NCBI GenBank assembly: GCA_963703505.1
Contig: CAVPEL010000010.1
Location: 206,214-270,213 of the forward strand
DNA from: an uncultured Actinomycetota bacterium
GTDB lineage: Bacteria; Actinomycetota; Actinomycetes; CAVPEL01
Length of the DNA: 64,000 nt
Direction of reading: 5' to 3'
This document shows positions 39,953 through 52,862 of this stretch, piece by piece (positions within the stretch are counted from its first letter, which is position 1; each line of letters begins with the position of its first letter). The position numbers and the translations under genes are program-made. The notes beneath the pieces were generated by a model. That model did not search any database. It saw nothing but the letters and a program-made list of their open reading frames with translations, and was not told where the DNA came from.

Positions 39953-40019
39953 GAGCGGCAGGTTAGCGCCCCATGTAGGCGAGGACGCCAGCTGGCCCGC
40001 AGGCCAGCGTTTGACGTGG

Positions 40020-40092
40020 TGGGCCGTGCAGGGCTCGAACCTGCGACCTCCGCTTTGTAAGAGCGGCGCGCTTCCAGCTGCGCCAACGGCCC
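40020..40092 (-). tRNA. tRNA-Val (anticodon UAC)
   Basis: The minus strand folds as a 73-nt cloverleaf: GGGCCGT TG GCGC AGCTGGAA GCGC G CCGCT CTTACAA AGCGG AGGTC GCAGG TTCGAGC CCTGC ACGGCCC A. Confidence 0.95.
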
Positions 40093-40147
40093 GCCCGCAC
40101 AGGGTAGCGGCCCAGCCGCCGAAGCGGCTCGGCCACACCTTGGCGTA

Positions 40148-40609
40148 TCAGCCCAGGTCGGCCAGCGCGGCGACGTAGTCCGCCGCGTCCCGCGCCTCAG
40201 GCACCGGGTTGACGACCTGCCAGCGGACGATCCCGGACTTGTCGATGACGAACGAGCCGCGAAGCGCGCAGCCACGACCGGGCTCGAAGACGCCATAGGC
40301 GGTGGCGACCTCGCCGTGCGGCCAGAAGTCGGCCAGCATCGGGAACTCCAGCCCCTGCTGCTCGGCGAAGACCCGCTGGGAGAACTGCGTGTCGCACGAG
40401 ACCACGAGCAGCGCGGTCTCGTCGTTCTGGAAGGACTCCAGGTCCAGCTTGAGCGCGGCCAGCTCGCCGCTGCAGACCCCGGTGAACGCGAACGGGTAGA
40501 ACACCAGCAGGACGTTCTTGTTCCCGCGCAGGCTCGACAGCTTCGTCGGCACCCCGTGCTGGTCCTTCAACTCGAAGTCTGGAGCCTCAACACCGACCTG
40601 GACAGACAT
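40148..40609 (-). CDS. ahpE: 1-Cys/AhpE-type peroxiredoxin
   Basis: MSVQVGVEAPDFELKDQHGVPTKLSSLRGNKNVLLVFYPFAFTGVCSGEL, 153 aa. Confidence 0.85.
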   Translation of the reverse strand: MSVQVGVEAPDFELKDQHGVPTKLSSLRGNKNVLLVFYPFAFTGVCSGELAALKLDLESFQNDETALLVVSCDTQFSQRVFAEQQGLEFPMLADFWPHGEVATAYGVFEPGRGCALRGSFVIDKSGIVRWQVVNPVPEARDAADYVAALADLG

Positions 40610-40708
40610 CAACATCCCTTCGCAGCACGAGCGGACATTGTCCCACCCAACCCGTGCCGGCCTGCAGCGGGTGACCGGAGCCACGGGCGACACAGCCACG
40701 TGCGCGAA

Positions 40709-41139
40709 CTACTTGCGGCGGGCGCCCTTGGGCGTCGCAAGCCGTGCGCCCGCCCAGTCCTGGGCCGCGTTGATGCTGCCGGCCTGGGTGAGGCCCGCGG
40801 TCGGCGCGGCCTCGCTGACGTCACTCGGCTCGACGTGACCGACCCGGCCCGCCTTGGGGGTGAGCAGCCAGATCATGCCGCCGTCGGCCAGCGACGTCAG
40901 CGCGTCGACGAGCGCGTCGACCAGGTCGCCGTCGTCCTCGCGCCACCACAGCAGGACGGCGTCGACGACGTCGTCGTAGTCCTCGTCGACCAGCTCGGTG
41001 CCGATCGTCCTCGACGATGGCCGACGCAGGTCCTCGTCGCAGTCGTCGTCGTAGCCGATCTCCTGGACCACCTGCCCGGTTGGAACCCAAGCTTGGCGCC
41101 CGGCACGCAAACCTCCGCGTGGTCCGCGGTCGCGCTCAC
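40709..41139 (-). pseudogene. DUF3052 domain-containing protein, one frameshift (apparent 1-nt deletion) near 41073
   Basis: GTG start preceded by GGAGGA. VSATADHAEVCVPGAKLGFQPG is in one frame and QVVQEIGYDDDCDEDLRR...LLWWREDDGDLVDALVDALT is in another. Confidence 0.75.
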
Positions 41140-41426
41140 GAATATCCTCCATATCTGGCCGACCCGGCGCGTGCCAGGGAGCCGTGGTCACGTAGTCCAC
41201 ACGCCTTCACGCCGCTGCGCAAGTGGCCAGACGGTCCAACGCGCCGACCAGCGCGTCAAGCGATGTCCGAAACAGTCCCCTTCTGCCTGAGCGCGCAGAC
41301 CACAGCCCCGAGCGGCACGAACGCCAGGGTGGGACACTGGTCATCGAGGCCTTGAAGGGTCTCCGACGGGGGTCGGTTCAGGTGGCCCCGCATCGTCGCC
41401 GAGGTCGAACAGACGAAGGACGGGCC

Positions 41427-44199
<2,773 letters not shown>

Positions 44200-44220
44200 C
44201 CTCCGCCCCAACGCCGTCGC

Positions 44221-44276
44221 GATCATGCGCAAAGGCACCACGGGTCTGAGACTCCGTGGTGCCTTTGCGCATGATC
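44221..44276. terminator. Perfect 23-bp-stem hairpin between convergent aceE and a membrane-protein gene
   Basis: gatcatgcgcaaaggcaccacgg-gtctgagact-ccgtggtgcctttgcgcatgatc. Confidence 0.6.
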
Positions 44277-44317
44277 ATCGCTGGAGGATCGGGCTCAGGT
44301 TGGGCGCGGGTTCGGCG

Positions 44318-44927
44318 CTAAGGCCGGTGCTTCGCGGCGGCCGCGTTTGCGGCCGGGGCGCTCAGCAATACGTCCCACAGCGGCACCGTCGCGCCTTCGG
44401 ACTCCAGTCGGCGGCGAACAGACTCGATCCGCGCGGTGGTGGGCAGGCTGGCGACCAGGAGCCCCGCAGCGAACGCCACGCCGACGACATAGGGCCACGG
44501 GCTCTTGCTCACCACGCTGAACACGAACCCGAGCAGGGCCACCGGCTCGCCGCAGATGAGGCTGGTGAAGGTCGCCGACCGGACGCCGGCGCTGGCCGCA
44601 ACACTCACTTCCTCCGATGTCACGCCCGGCGCCAATGGGGTGGGTCGGCGGCGAGAGACGACGCGCGAGAGGCCGACGCCGGTCAAGCCGAGCACCGTCA
44701 CCACGAGACAGAACGCCGCGACGCTGCTGCTCGGCGGCGCGGACCCGATGATGGATGGGACCACGAGCGAGGATCATCAGCAAGGCGGCGATGAGCGTAA
44801 GAGGCAGGATGCGAACTGCTCGCAGGAGCTGGGGGCCTCGCATCAGGCTGGCGACATAGCCAGGGTCGTCGGAGGCGCTGAAGGACTGTGAGCTGAAGGA
44901 CTGTGAGACGCGCATGGATTCGGCCAT
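44318..44927 (-). pseudogene. Hypothetical membrane protein, one frameshift near 44765
   Basis: MAESMRVSQSF...LRAVRILPLTLIAALLMILA is in one frame. VPSIIGSAPPSSSVAAFCLVVTVLGLTG...VVGVAFAAGLLVASL is in another. Confidence 0.5.
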
Positions 44928-45062
44928 CTGCGCACCCTAGGCGTTTTTGATCATGTTGGCGCCACTGTCGCGGCCAACTCGCCGCAAACCCCTTGACGCG
45001 CCCGGCCGGCCGCACCACGGTAGGTACCGAATCTGACCACGAAGGCGACGGAGGATGCCCGC

Positions 45063-46155
45063 ATGTCGAACGACACCCTGCTCCTCATCGGAACCCGCAA
45101 AGGCCTGATCCTCGCCCGTAGCGCCGACGACCGCGTCAGCTGGGACGTCGAGCCGCTGCGCTTCTCGATGAACGCGGTCTATGCCGTGGGTGCCGACACC
45201 CGTCCGGCTACTCCACGACTGTTCGCCAGCGGGAACAGCGAGCACTTCGGACCGTCGCTGTTCTACTCCGACGACCTGGGCGCCAGCTGGGCCGAGCCGC
45301 CGCAGCCACCGGTGCGGTTCCCCGAGCGCACCGGCGCCGCCCTCGAGCGCGTCTGGCAGATCACGCCCGCCCCGGCCGACCAACCCGGCGTGGTCTATGC
45401 CGGCGCCGAGCCCTCCGCGTTGTTCCGGTCCGTCGACGGTGGCCTCACCTTCGACCTCGTCGATGGCCTCTGGGACCACCCGCACCGCAAGGACTGGGGT
45501 CCTGGCCAAGGTGGCCAGGCGATCCACACCGTGCTGCCCCACCCCACCGACCCGCAGACCGTGACGGTGGCCATGTCGACCGGGGGCGTCTACCGCACCA
45601 CCGATGGCGGCGACCTCGTGGAACCCGGCCAACCGCGGCATCTCCGCGTACTTCATGCCCGACCCGGAGCCGGAGTTCGGGCAGTGCGTGCACAAGGTGG
45701 CCATGCACCCGGCCCAGCCGGACCGGATGTTCGCCCAGAACCACATGGGCGTGTTCCGCACCGACAACGCGGGTGAGACCTGGACCTCGATCGCCGACGG
45801 CCTGCCGGCCGACTTCGGCTTCCCCGTCGTCGTTCACCCGCACCGGCCGGACACGGTCTACCTGTTCCCGCTGGTCGCTGACCGCGACCGGATGCCACCG
45901 GAGAAGCGATGCCGGGTGTACCGCAGCGACGACGCGGGGATGAGTTGGCGCGCCCTGGTCGACGGGCTTCCCCAGCACGGCTTCCATTCCTCGGTCCTGC
46001 GTGACGCCATGTGCACCGACCAGGCCGAGCAGGCGGGCATCTATTTCGGCACGCGGGACGGCTCGGTCTACGCCAGCCGCGACGAGGGTGAGTCGTGGGC
46101 GCTCGTCGCCGATCACCTGCCCGACGTCCTGTCGCTGCGCGCCCTGACGTTGTGA
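45063..46155 (+). pseudogene. BNR/Asp-box repeat (sialidase-fold, WD40/YVTN-like) protein, one frameshift near 45605
   Basis: RBS GGAGGA. Contains Asp-box-like repeats (YSDDLGASW, FRSVDGGLTF, YRTTDGG|ATSW, FRTDNAGETW, YRSDDAGMSW, YASRDEGESW). The two halves are in different frames. Confidence 0.7.
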
Positions 46156-46205
46156 AGGCACCGGTCAAGGTGCTGACCGTCCGCTGATCGTGGCAGGCTT
46201 GCGGC

Positions 46206-47408
46206 GTGCCTCCCCTGCCCAGCTCCTCCGCACAAGCCGCGTCGCCCACACCCCGGCGCAGCGCCACCGTCCGCCGGGTCGAGCAGTCTGTGGGCAGCCT
46301 CACCACCCAGGCCATGGCCCGGATGGACGAGTCGCTGCCGTGGTTCCGGGCGATGCCCGCGGAGAACCGCTCGTGGGTCGGCTTGGTCGCCCGTGCCGGC
46401 ATCGCCGGGTTCGTCGAGTGGTTCAAGCATCCTGACCAGCGCCAGCGGCTGACCGGTGCGGTGTTCGGCATGGCGCCGCGCGAGCTGGCCCGGGCGGTCT
46501 CGCTTGAGCAGACCGTCGACATGGTGCGCGCCACCATCGAGGTGGTGGAGGAGGCGACCGACCGGCTGGCGGCGCCCGGCGAGGCCGCCGCGCTGCGTGA
46601 GTCGGTGCTCGTCTACGCCCGTGAGGTCGCCTTCGCCGCCGCCCAGGTGTACGCCCAGGCGGCCGAGGCGCGGGGGGCGTGGGACGCGCGACTGGAAGCC
46701 TTGGTGGTGGACGCGCTGCTGCGCGGCGAAGGTGACGACTCCCTGCTGGCCCGGGCGACCGCGCTGGGCTGGCGCACATCCGGCGCGGTCACGGTGCTGG
46801 CGGGCGCGCCGCCGGCCGATGAGCCAGAAGTGGTCGTCGACTCCATCCGCCACGCCGCGCGGCACGCCGGACTCGCCGTCCTCGCCGGTGTCCAAGGCAA
46901 CCTCCTGGTCGTCGTGCTCGGCGGTGTGGCAGATCCGCTGCACGCCTGCCGGCTGCTTCTCGGGCAGTTCGGGCCCGGCCCGGTGGTGGTGGGACCGGCC
47001 GTCCCCGACCTGGTGGCCGCGTCGCGGTCAGCTCAGGCGGCCCTGTCCGGGCTGCAGGCGGCCCCGGCGTGGCCCGGCGCGCCTCGGCCGGCGCTCGCGG
47101 ACGACCTGCTGGCCGAGCGCGCCATCGCCGGAGACGCCGCCGCCCGCACCCGCCTCGTAGAGGAGATCTACATACCGTTGGTGGACGCCGGAAACGGCTT
47201 GGTAGAGACCGTGGCGGCCTACCTGGAGCAGACAGGCTCGCTGGAGGCCACCGCCCGGGCGCTCTACGTCCACCCCAACACCATCCGGTACCGCCTGCGG
47301 CGGGCCGCGCAGGTCACCGGCTACGCGGCCGCAGACGCGCGTGACGGCTTTACCCTCCAGATCGCACTCGCGCTCGGAAGACTCGCCGACGCCCGCACAG
47401 GTTTGTAG
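46206..47408 (+). CDS. PucR-family transcriptional regulator upstream of the fab operon (MabR/FasR-like)
   Basis: 400 aa and intact. Has a C-terminal PucR helix-turn-helix (LEATARALYVHPNTIRYRLRRAAQVTG). By recollection, its position directly upstream of fabD matches mycobacterial MabR and Streptomyces FasR. Confidence 0.8.
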   Translation: MPPLPSSSAQAASPTPRRSATVRRVEQSVGSLTTQAMARMDESLPWFRAMPAENRSWVGLVARAGIAGFVEWFKHPDQRQRLTGAVFGMAPRELARAVSLEQTVDMVRATIEVVEEATDRLAAPGEAAALRESVLVYAREVAFAAAQVYAQAAEARGAWDARLEALVVDALLRGEGDDSLLARATALGWRTSGAVTVLAGAPPADEPEVVVDSIRHAARHAGLAVLAGVQGNLLVVVLGGVADPLHACRLLLGQFGPGPVVVGPAVPDLVAASRSAQAALSGLQAAPAWPGAPRPALADDLLAERAIAGDAAARTRLVEEIYIPLVDAGNGLVETVAAYLEQTGSLEATARALYVHPNTIRYRLRRAAQVTGYAAADARDGFTLQIALALGRLADARTGL

Positions 47409-47438
47409 GATCCCTACAACAGCCAAGTCACGACTTGG
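47403..47438. promoter_or_regulatory. Two palindromes in the regulator-fabD intergenic region (candidate operators)
   Basis: TTGTAGG-ATC-CCTACAA (47403-47419) overlaps the regulator's TAG stop. CCAAGTC-AC-GACTTGG (47423-47438) ends 49 nt upstream of the fabD GTG. Confidence 0.35.
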
Positions 47439-47486
47439 TCTCGCCAAGCAGCGCTCCGACAGGCGGCGACACGGCACAGTGGAGAC

Positions 47487-48677
47487 GTGCTCGCCCTCCT
47501 CGCGCCCGGCCAGGGTGCTCAGACACCCGGCTTCCTGCAACCGTGGCTCGACCTGGACGGGATGACCGACCGGCTGCGCTGGTGGTCCGCCGTCCTCGAC
47601 CTGGACCTCGTGCACTACGGCACGAAAGCCGATGCCGACGAGATCCGCGACACCGCGATCGCCCAGCCCCTGCTGGTCGGGGCCGGCCTGGCCGCCGCCT
47701 CGGCGCTGTTCCCTGACCTGGTCGACGACGTGGCGAGCAGCGTAGGCGTCGCTCGCCGGCCACAGCGTCGGTGAGCTGACCGCCGCGGCGTTGGCCGGGG
47801 CGCTCACCCCGGAGACGGCGCTGGTCCTCGTCCGCGAGCGTGGCCGGGCGATGGCCGCAGCAGCCGCCGTGTCACCCACCGGGATGACCGCCGTTCTGGG
47901 CGGTGACGCCGAGGTGGTGCTGGCCTCCATCGCCGCGCACGGGCTCACCCCCGCGAACAACAACGGAGCCGGCCAGATCGTCGCGGCAGGCACGATGGAC
48001 CAGCTCGCGGCGTTCGCCGCGGACCCGCCCGCCGGGGCGCGGCTGCGCCCGCTCGCGGTGGCCGGTGCGTTCCACACCGTGCACATGGCCCCCGCCGTCG
48101 ACCGGCTCGCCGAGCTGGCCGCCAGCGCTCCGCGCGGCGACACCCGGCACCCGCCTGCTGTCCAACGCCGACGGCGCCGCGGTCACCGGGGGTCGACGAC
48201 GCTCTCGATCGGCTCGTCGGCCAGGTGGCCTCGCCGGTGCGCTGGGACCTGTGCATGCAGACCATGCGTGACCTCGGGGTGACCGCGGTCATCGAGCTGC
48301 CGCCAGCCGGCACGCTGACCGGGCTGGTCAAGCGAGCCCTGCCCGGCGTCGAGACGGTCGCGCTGAAGACGCCCGACGACCTCGCCGCCGCGCGCCTGCT
48401 GGTCACCACCAACCACCGCGATCTCCACATGGCGGATGCACCCGCGTGGCGTCTGGTGGTCGCCCCGATCGCCGGCACGTTCGCGCCCGCCACCCTCGAG
48501 GTCGGCTCCTCGTTGACCGCCGGGACCGCGCTCGGCGCGGTGGCCTCGCGGCGGGAGACAGCCCAGATCGCCGCACCAGGCGGCGGTACGCTCCTCGAAT
48601 GGCTCGCCGAAGAGGGCGACCCTGTGTCTCCCGGTCAGCCGCTCGTCCGTCTGCAACCGGAGGTTGCCCTCTCATGA
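47487..48677 (+). pseudogene. fabD: Malonyl CoA-ACP transacylase with a C-terminal lysine-less biotinyl/lipoyl-like domain; 3 single-base insertions (about 47745, 48150, 48190)
   Basis: VLALLAPGQGAQTPGFL | LAGHSVGELTAAALAGAL...NNNGAGQIVAAG...VAGAFHTVHM | TRLLSNADGAAVTG | VDDALDRLVGQVASPVRWDLCMQTM...ALKTPDDL. The frame then continues as WRLVVAPIAGTF...IAAPGGGTLLEWLAEEGDPVSPGQPLVRL. Confidence 0.85.
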
Positions 48678-49697
48678 AGGCCCCTACCGGCGCCCCCGGC
48701 GCCCGGATCGTCGCCATCGGCGAGCACCGCCCGAGCCGGGTCGTCACCAATGCCGAGATCTGCGAGCAGATCAACTCGACCGACGAGTGGATCCGCGAGC
48801 GCAGCGGCATCATCACCCGGCGCTACGCCGCACCCGACGAGACGGTCGCCGACATGGCCACCAGCGCCGCGTCCAAGGCCCTCGCCGCGTCCGGCGTTGC
48901 CGCCGAGGACGTCGACCTCGTCATCGTCGCCTCCTGCACGCACCCCTACCAGACACCCGGCGCGTCCAGCGAGGTGCAGGACCGGATCGGCGCCATCAAC
49001 GCCGGCGCGATGGACATCCAGGCCGCCTGCGCCGGCTTCTGCTACTCGCTCTCGGTAGCCAACGACGCGATCCGCTCGGGCAGCGCGCGGCACGTGGTCG
49101 TCGTCGGCTCGGAGAAGCTCACCGAGTTCGTCGACCCGCACGACCGCACCATGGCGTTCCTGTTCGGCGACGGCGCCGGCGCGGCTGTGGTCGGCGGCCT
49201 CGGACACGCCAGGCATCGGCCCGGTGGTGTGGGGCAGCGACGGTTCGCAGGTCTCGACCATCACGCAGCGCCCGACCTACTCGCAGGTGCAGACCGCGCT
49301 GGGCGCCGGGCTCGTCACCGACCGGTGGCGCTGAAGATGGACGGCCAGACCGTGTTCCGGTGGGCGGTCACCAAGATGGCGCCGGTGGCCCGTCGGGCGA
49401 TGGAGCTGGCGGGTGTCACCCCGGATGAGCTCGGCGCGTTCGTTCCCCACCAGGCGAACCTGCGCATCGTCGACGCGCTGGTCAAGGCGTTGAAGCTGCC
49501 TGACCTCGGTGGTCATCGCCCGCGACATGGAGACCCAGGGCAACACCTCGTCGGCGTCGATCCCGCTCGCCCTGTCCGCGCTGCTGGAGCGCGACGAGGT
49601 GGCCAGCGGACCACCGGCGCTGTTCATCGGCTTCGGCGCCGGTTTGACGTACGCCGCGCAAGTCGCTCGAGATCCCCTAGATCCGCAGATAACCTGA
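48674..49697 (+). pseudogene. fabH: 3-oxoacyl-ACP synthase III, 3 indels (about 49197 insertion, 49322 deletion, 49508 insertion)
   Basis: ATG overlaps the fabD stop (ATGA). MKAPTGAPGARIVAIGEHRPSRVVTNAEICEQINSTDEWIRERSGI...ACAGFCYSLS...FGDGAGAAVVG | SDTPGIGPVVWGSDGS | PVALKMDGQTVFRWAV...VPHQANLRI | VVIARDMETQGNTSSASIPLAL...GFGAGLTYAA. Confidence 0.85.
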
Positions 49698-49734
49698 CCC
49701 ACCCCAGTCCACCAACGAACGAAGGAGCACCACC

Positions 49735-49989
49735 ATGGCGCTTTCCCAGCAGGAGATCCTCGCCGGACTCGCCGAGATCGTGAACGAGGTCGCCGGCATC
49801 CCCGCGGGCGACGTGCAGATGGACAAGAGCTTCACCGACGACCTCGACATCGACTCGCTGTCGATGGTCGAGGTCGTCGTCGCCGCCGAGGAGAAGTTCG
49901 ACGTGCGGATCCCCGACGACGACGTGAAGAACCTCAAGACGGTCGGCGACGCGGTCACCTACATCGAGAAGGCAGGTGTCTCGGCGTGA
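49735..49989 (+). CDS. acpP: Acyl carrier protein (AcpM/AcpP)
   Basis: RBS GAAGGAG. 84 aa with the phosphopantetheine site DLDIDSLSMVE. Intact. Confidence 0.95.
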   Translation: MALSQQEILAGLAEIVNEVAGIPAGDVQMDKSFTDDLDIDSLSMVEVVVAAEEKFDVRIPDDDVKNLKTVGDAVTYIEKAGVSA

Positions 49990-50057
49990 ACCACCTGACC
50001 CAGGTCGGCGCCTTCGCCGCTCGGCGCGCATCGCGAACGGGAAGCGTGAGCGCGGCC

Positions 50058-51295
50058 ATGGCTACTAACACGTCAGGTCGTCGTCACCGGACTCGGAGCG
50101 ACCACGCCGCTCGGCGGCGACGTCGCGTCGACCTGGGAGGGCCTGCTCGCGGGCAGGTCCGGGGCCCGCACGCTCACCCAGGACTGGGCCGAGCTGATCC
50201 CGGTGCGCATCGCCGCACCGGTCGCGGTGGACCCCTCGAGGTGCTCGACCGGGTCGACGCGCGCACCTCGACCGCTCGGCCGCAGTTCGCCCTCATCGCG
50301 GCGAAGGAGGCGTGGGCGCACGCCGGCGCGCCCGCCGTCGACCCAGAGCGCCTCGCCGTGGTCATCGCCTCGGGCATCGGCGGGGTCATCACCCTGCTCG
50401 ACGCGTACGACGTGCTGAAGGAGAAGGGCTTCCGCCGCGTCTCCCCGCACACCGTCCCGATGCTCATGCCGAACAGCCCGGCCTCCACGGTCGGTCTCGA
50501 GGTCGGCGCTCGGGCCGGCGTGCACACCCCGGTGTCCGCCTGCGCCTCCGGCGCCGAGGCGATCGCCGTCGGCCTGGAGATGATCCGCAAGGGCACGGCC
50601 GACGTCGTGGTCTGCGGCGGCACCGAGGCAGCGATCCACGTGCTGCCGCTGGCCGGGTTCGCCGCCATGCGGGCGCTGTCGCTGCGCAACGACGAGCCGG
50701 AGCGCGCGTCGCGGCCGTACGACAAGGGTCGCGACGGCTTCGTGCTGGGTGAAGGTGCCGGCGTGCTGGTCCTCGAGTCGGCTGCGCATGCGGCCGCACG
50801 CGGCGCGAAGGTGCTGGCGAGGTCGCCGGCGCCGGCATCACCAACGACTCCTACCACGTCGCCGCGCCCGACCCCGACGGGCTCCGGTGCCACCCGCGCC
50901 ATGCGGATGGCACTGGAGGACGCCCAGATGGACCCGAGCGAGATCGTGCACATCAACGCGCACGCCACCTCGACACCCGCAGGGCGACGTCGCCGAAGCC
51001 GGAGCGATCCGGCGAGCGTCTCGGCAGCGTGACCGACTCCATCGTCGTGTCCGCGACCAAGTCGATGACCGGGCACCTGCTCGGCGCGGCCGGCGCCGTC
51101 GAGGCGATCGCCACCATCCTGGCGCTGCAGGAGCACCTCGCTCCGGTCACCGCCAACCTGGACGACAAGGACGACGACGTCGACCTCGACGTCGTCAGCG
51201 GCGAGCCGCGCGCGCTGCGCACCGGTGCCGCGCTGTCGAACGCGTTCGGCTTCGGCGGCCACAACGTGGCGCTCGCGTTCCGTCCTCCCGCGTAA
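50058..51295 (+). pseudogene. fabF: 3-oxoacyl-ACP synthase II (FabF/KasA-like), about 8 indels
   Basis: MATNTS | VVVTGLGATTPLGGDVASTWEGLLAGRSG... | LEVLDRVDAR..AQFALIAAKEAW...PVSACASGAEAI...GEGAGVLVLE | EVAGAGITNDSYHVAAPDPDG | SGATRAM...INAHATSTP | QGDVAEAGAIRR | GSVTDSIVVSATKSMTGHLLGAAG...NAFGFGGHNVALAF. Removing the net +2 nt gives 412 codons. Confidence 0.9.
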
Positions 51296-51344
51296 CCGCC
51301 TGCCTCGCAACACCCGCAGTTCCCCGCTCGCACGAACACCACCG

Positions 51345-52772
51345 ATGGAGCCTTCCGTGACAGCCGTCGACAATGCCGAGGCCGCGACCAAGGTCGACCC
51401 GCGCAACCCACGGGTGCGGCTCGAAGCGCGTCTGCGACGCCGGCACCTTCGCCCCGATCACCGCCGACGACGCCTCCGGGGTGCTCGCCGGCGTCGGACG
51501 GATGCACGGCACGCCGGTCGTGGTGTTCTGCAGCGACGCCACCATCCAGGGCGGCGCGATGGGCACCGCCGGGTGCCTGGCGATCGTCGCCGCCTACGAG
51601 CGGGCGCTCGCCGACGACGCACCGATCGTCGGGCTGTGGCACTCCGGCGGCGCCCGGCTGCGTGAAGGCGTGGAGAGCCTGCGACGCGGTCGGCCTGGTG
51701 TTCGCCGCGATGACCCGCGCGTCGGGCAAGGTGCCGCAGATCTCGGTGGTGCTCGGCCCGGCGGCTGGCGGCGCGGCGTACGGCCCGGCGCTGACCGACA
51801 TCGTCATCATGGCGCCGGACGGCCGCATCTTCGTCACCGGCCCCGACGTCGTCCGCAGCGTCACCGGCGAGGACGTCGACATGGAGAAGCTCGGCGGCGC
51901 CGAGGTGCACGGCCGCCGCAGCGGCGTCGTGCACATCACCACGGCCTCCGAGGAGGACGCGTTCGACCGCAGCCCGCTCGCTCACCGTCGCTGCTCGGCA
52001 ACCAGGGCACGTCTGGACGTCGAGGCGACCGCCGACGTCGACCTCGCCGCGCTGCTGCCGGAGGGCGCGAAGCGCGCCTACGACGTGCACCCGCTGGTCG
52101 GCGGCATCCTCGACGCTCCCGGCGTCGAGCTGCACGCCAAGTGGGCACCGAACATCGTCACCGACCTTGGGCCGGATCGGCGGGCGCACCGTCGGGGTGA
52201 TCGCCAACAACCCGCTGCGCCTCGGCGGTTGCCTCGACTCGACGTCCGCGGAGAAGGCGGCCCGCTTCGTGCGGATGTGCGACGCGTTCGGCGTGCCGCT
52301 CATCGTGCTCGTCGACGTGCCGGGCTACCTGCCGGGGCTCGGCCAGGAGTGGGACGGCGTGGTGCGCCGCGGCGCGAAGCTGCTGCACGCGTTCGCCGAA
52401 GCCACCGTGCCGCGGGTCACCCTGGTCACCCGCAAGGCCTACGGCGGCGCCTACATCGCGATGAACTCCCGTTCGCTCGGCGCCACCCGCGTCTTCGCCT
52501 GGCCCAGCGCCGAGGTGGCGGTCATGGGCGCGGTGGCCGCGGTGCGGATCTTGCACCGACGCCGGCTGGCCGAGGCCGGCGAGGCGCTGCGCCCGTCGCT
52601 GGAGCTGGAGCTGGCGGCCGAGCACGAGAAGCTTGCCGGCGGCATCGACAAGGCGGTGGCGCTCGGCGTCGTCGACGAGGTCGTCGCCCCTGAGGTCACC
52701 CGGTCGGCGATCGCCCGGGCCATCGCCGAGGCGCCCGCGGTCCGCGGCGACCACGGCAACATCCCGCTCTAG
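51345..52772 (+). pseudogene. accD6: Acyl-CoA carboxylase carboxyltransferase beta subunit (AccD6-like), 6 single-base insertions
   Basis: MEPSVTAVDN...PRVRLEA | LCDAGTFAPI...VVVFCSDATIQGGAMG...WHSGGARLREGVESL | DAVGLVFAAMTRASGKVPQISVVLGPAAGGAAYGPALTD... | ... | GLGRIGGRTVGVIANNPLRLGGCLDSTSAEKAARFVRMCD...KAYGGAYIAMNS. The corrected length is 474 codons. Confidence 0.85.
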
Positions 52773-52862
52773 GCCCCCCTCACCGGGCGCCGATCATGCA
52801 GTGATGGTTGGCGACACGCCGCACGGCCCAACCAATGCTGCAGATCATCGCGAAATTGGGGG

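Noticed and set aside
38819-40138. N-terminal extension of the Nif3 ORF to 439 aa
   Set aside because: The extension translates straight through the tRNA-Val gene (GPLAQLEARRSYKAEVAGSSPARPT). As I recall it, the ortholog N-terminus matches the GTG at 39952.
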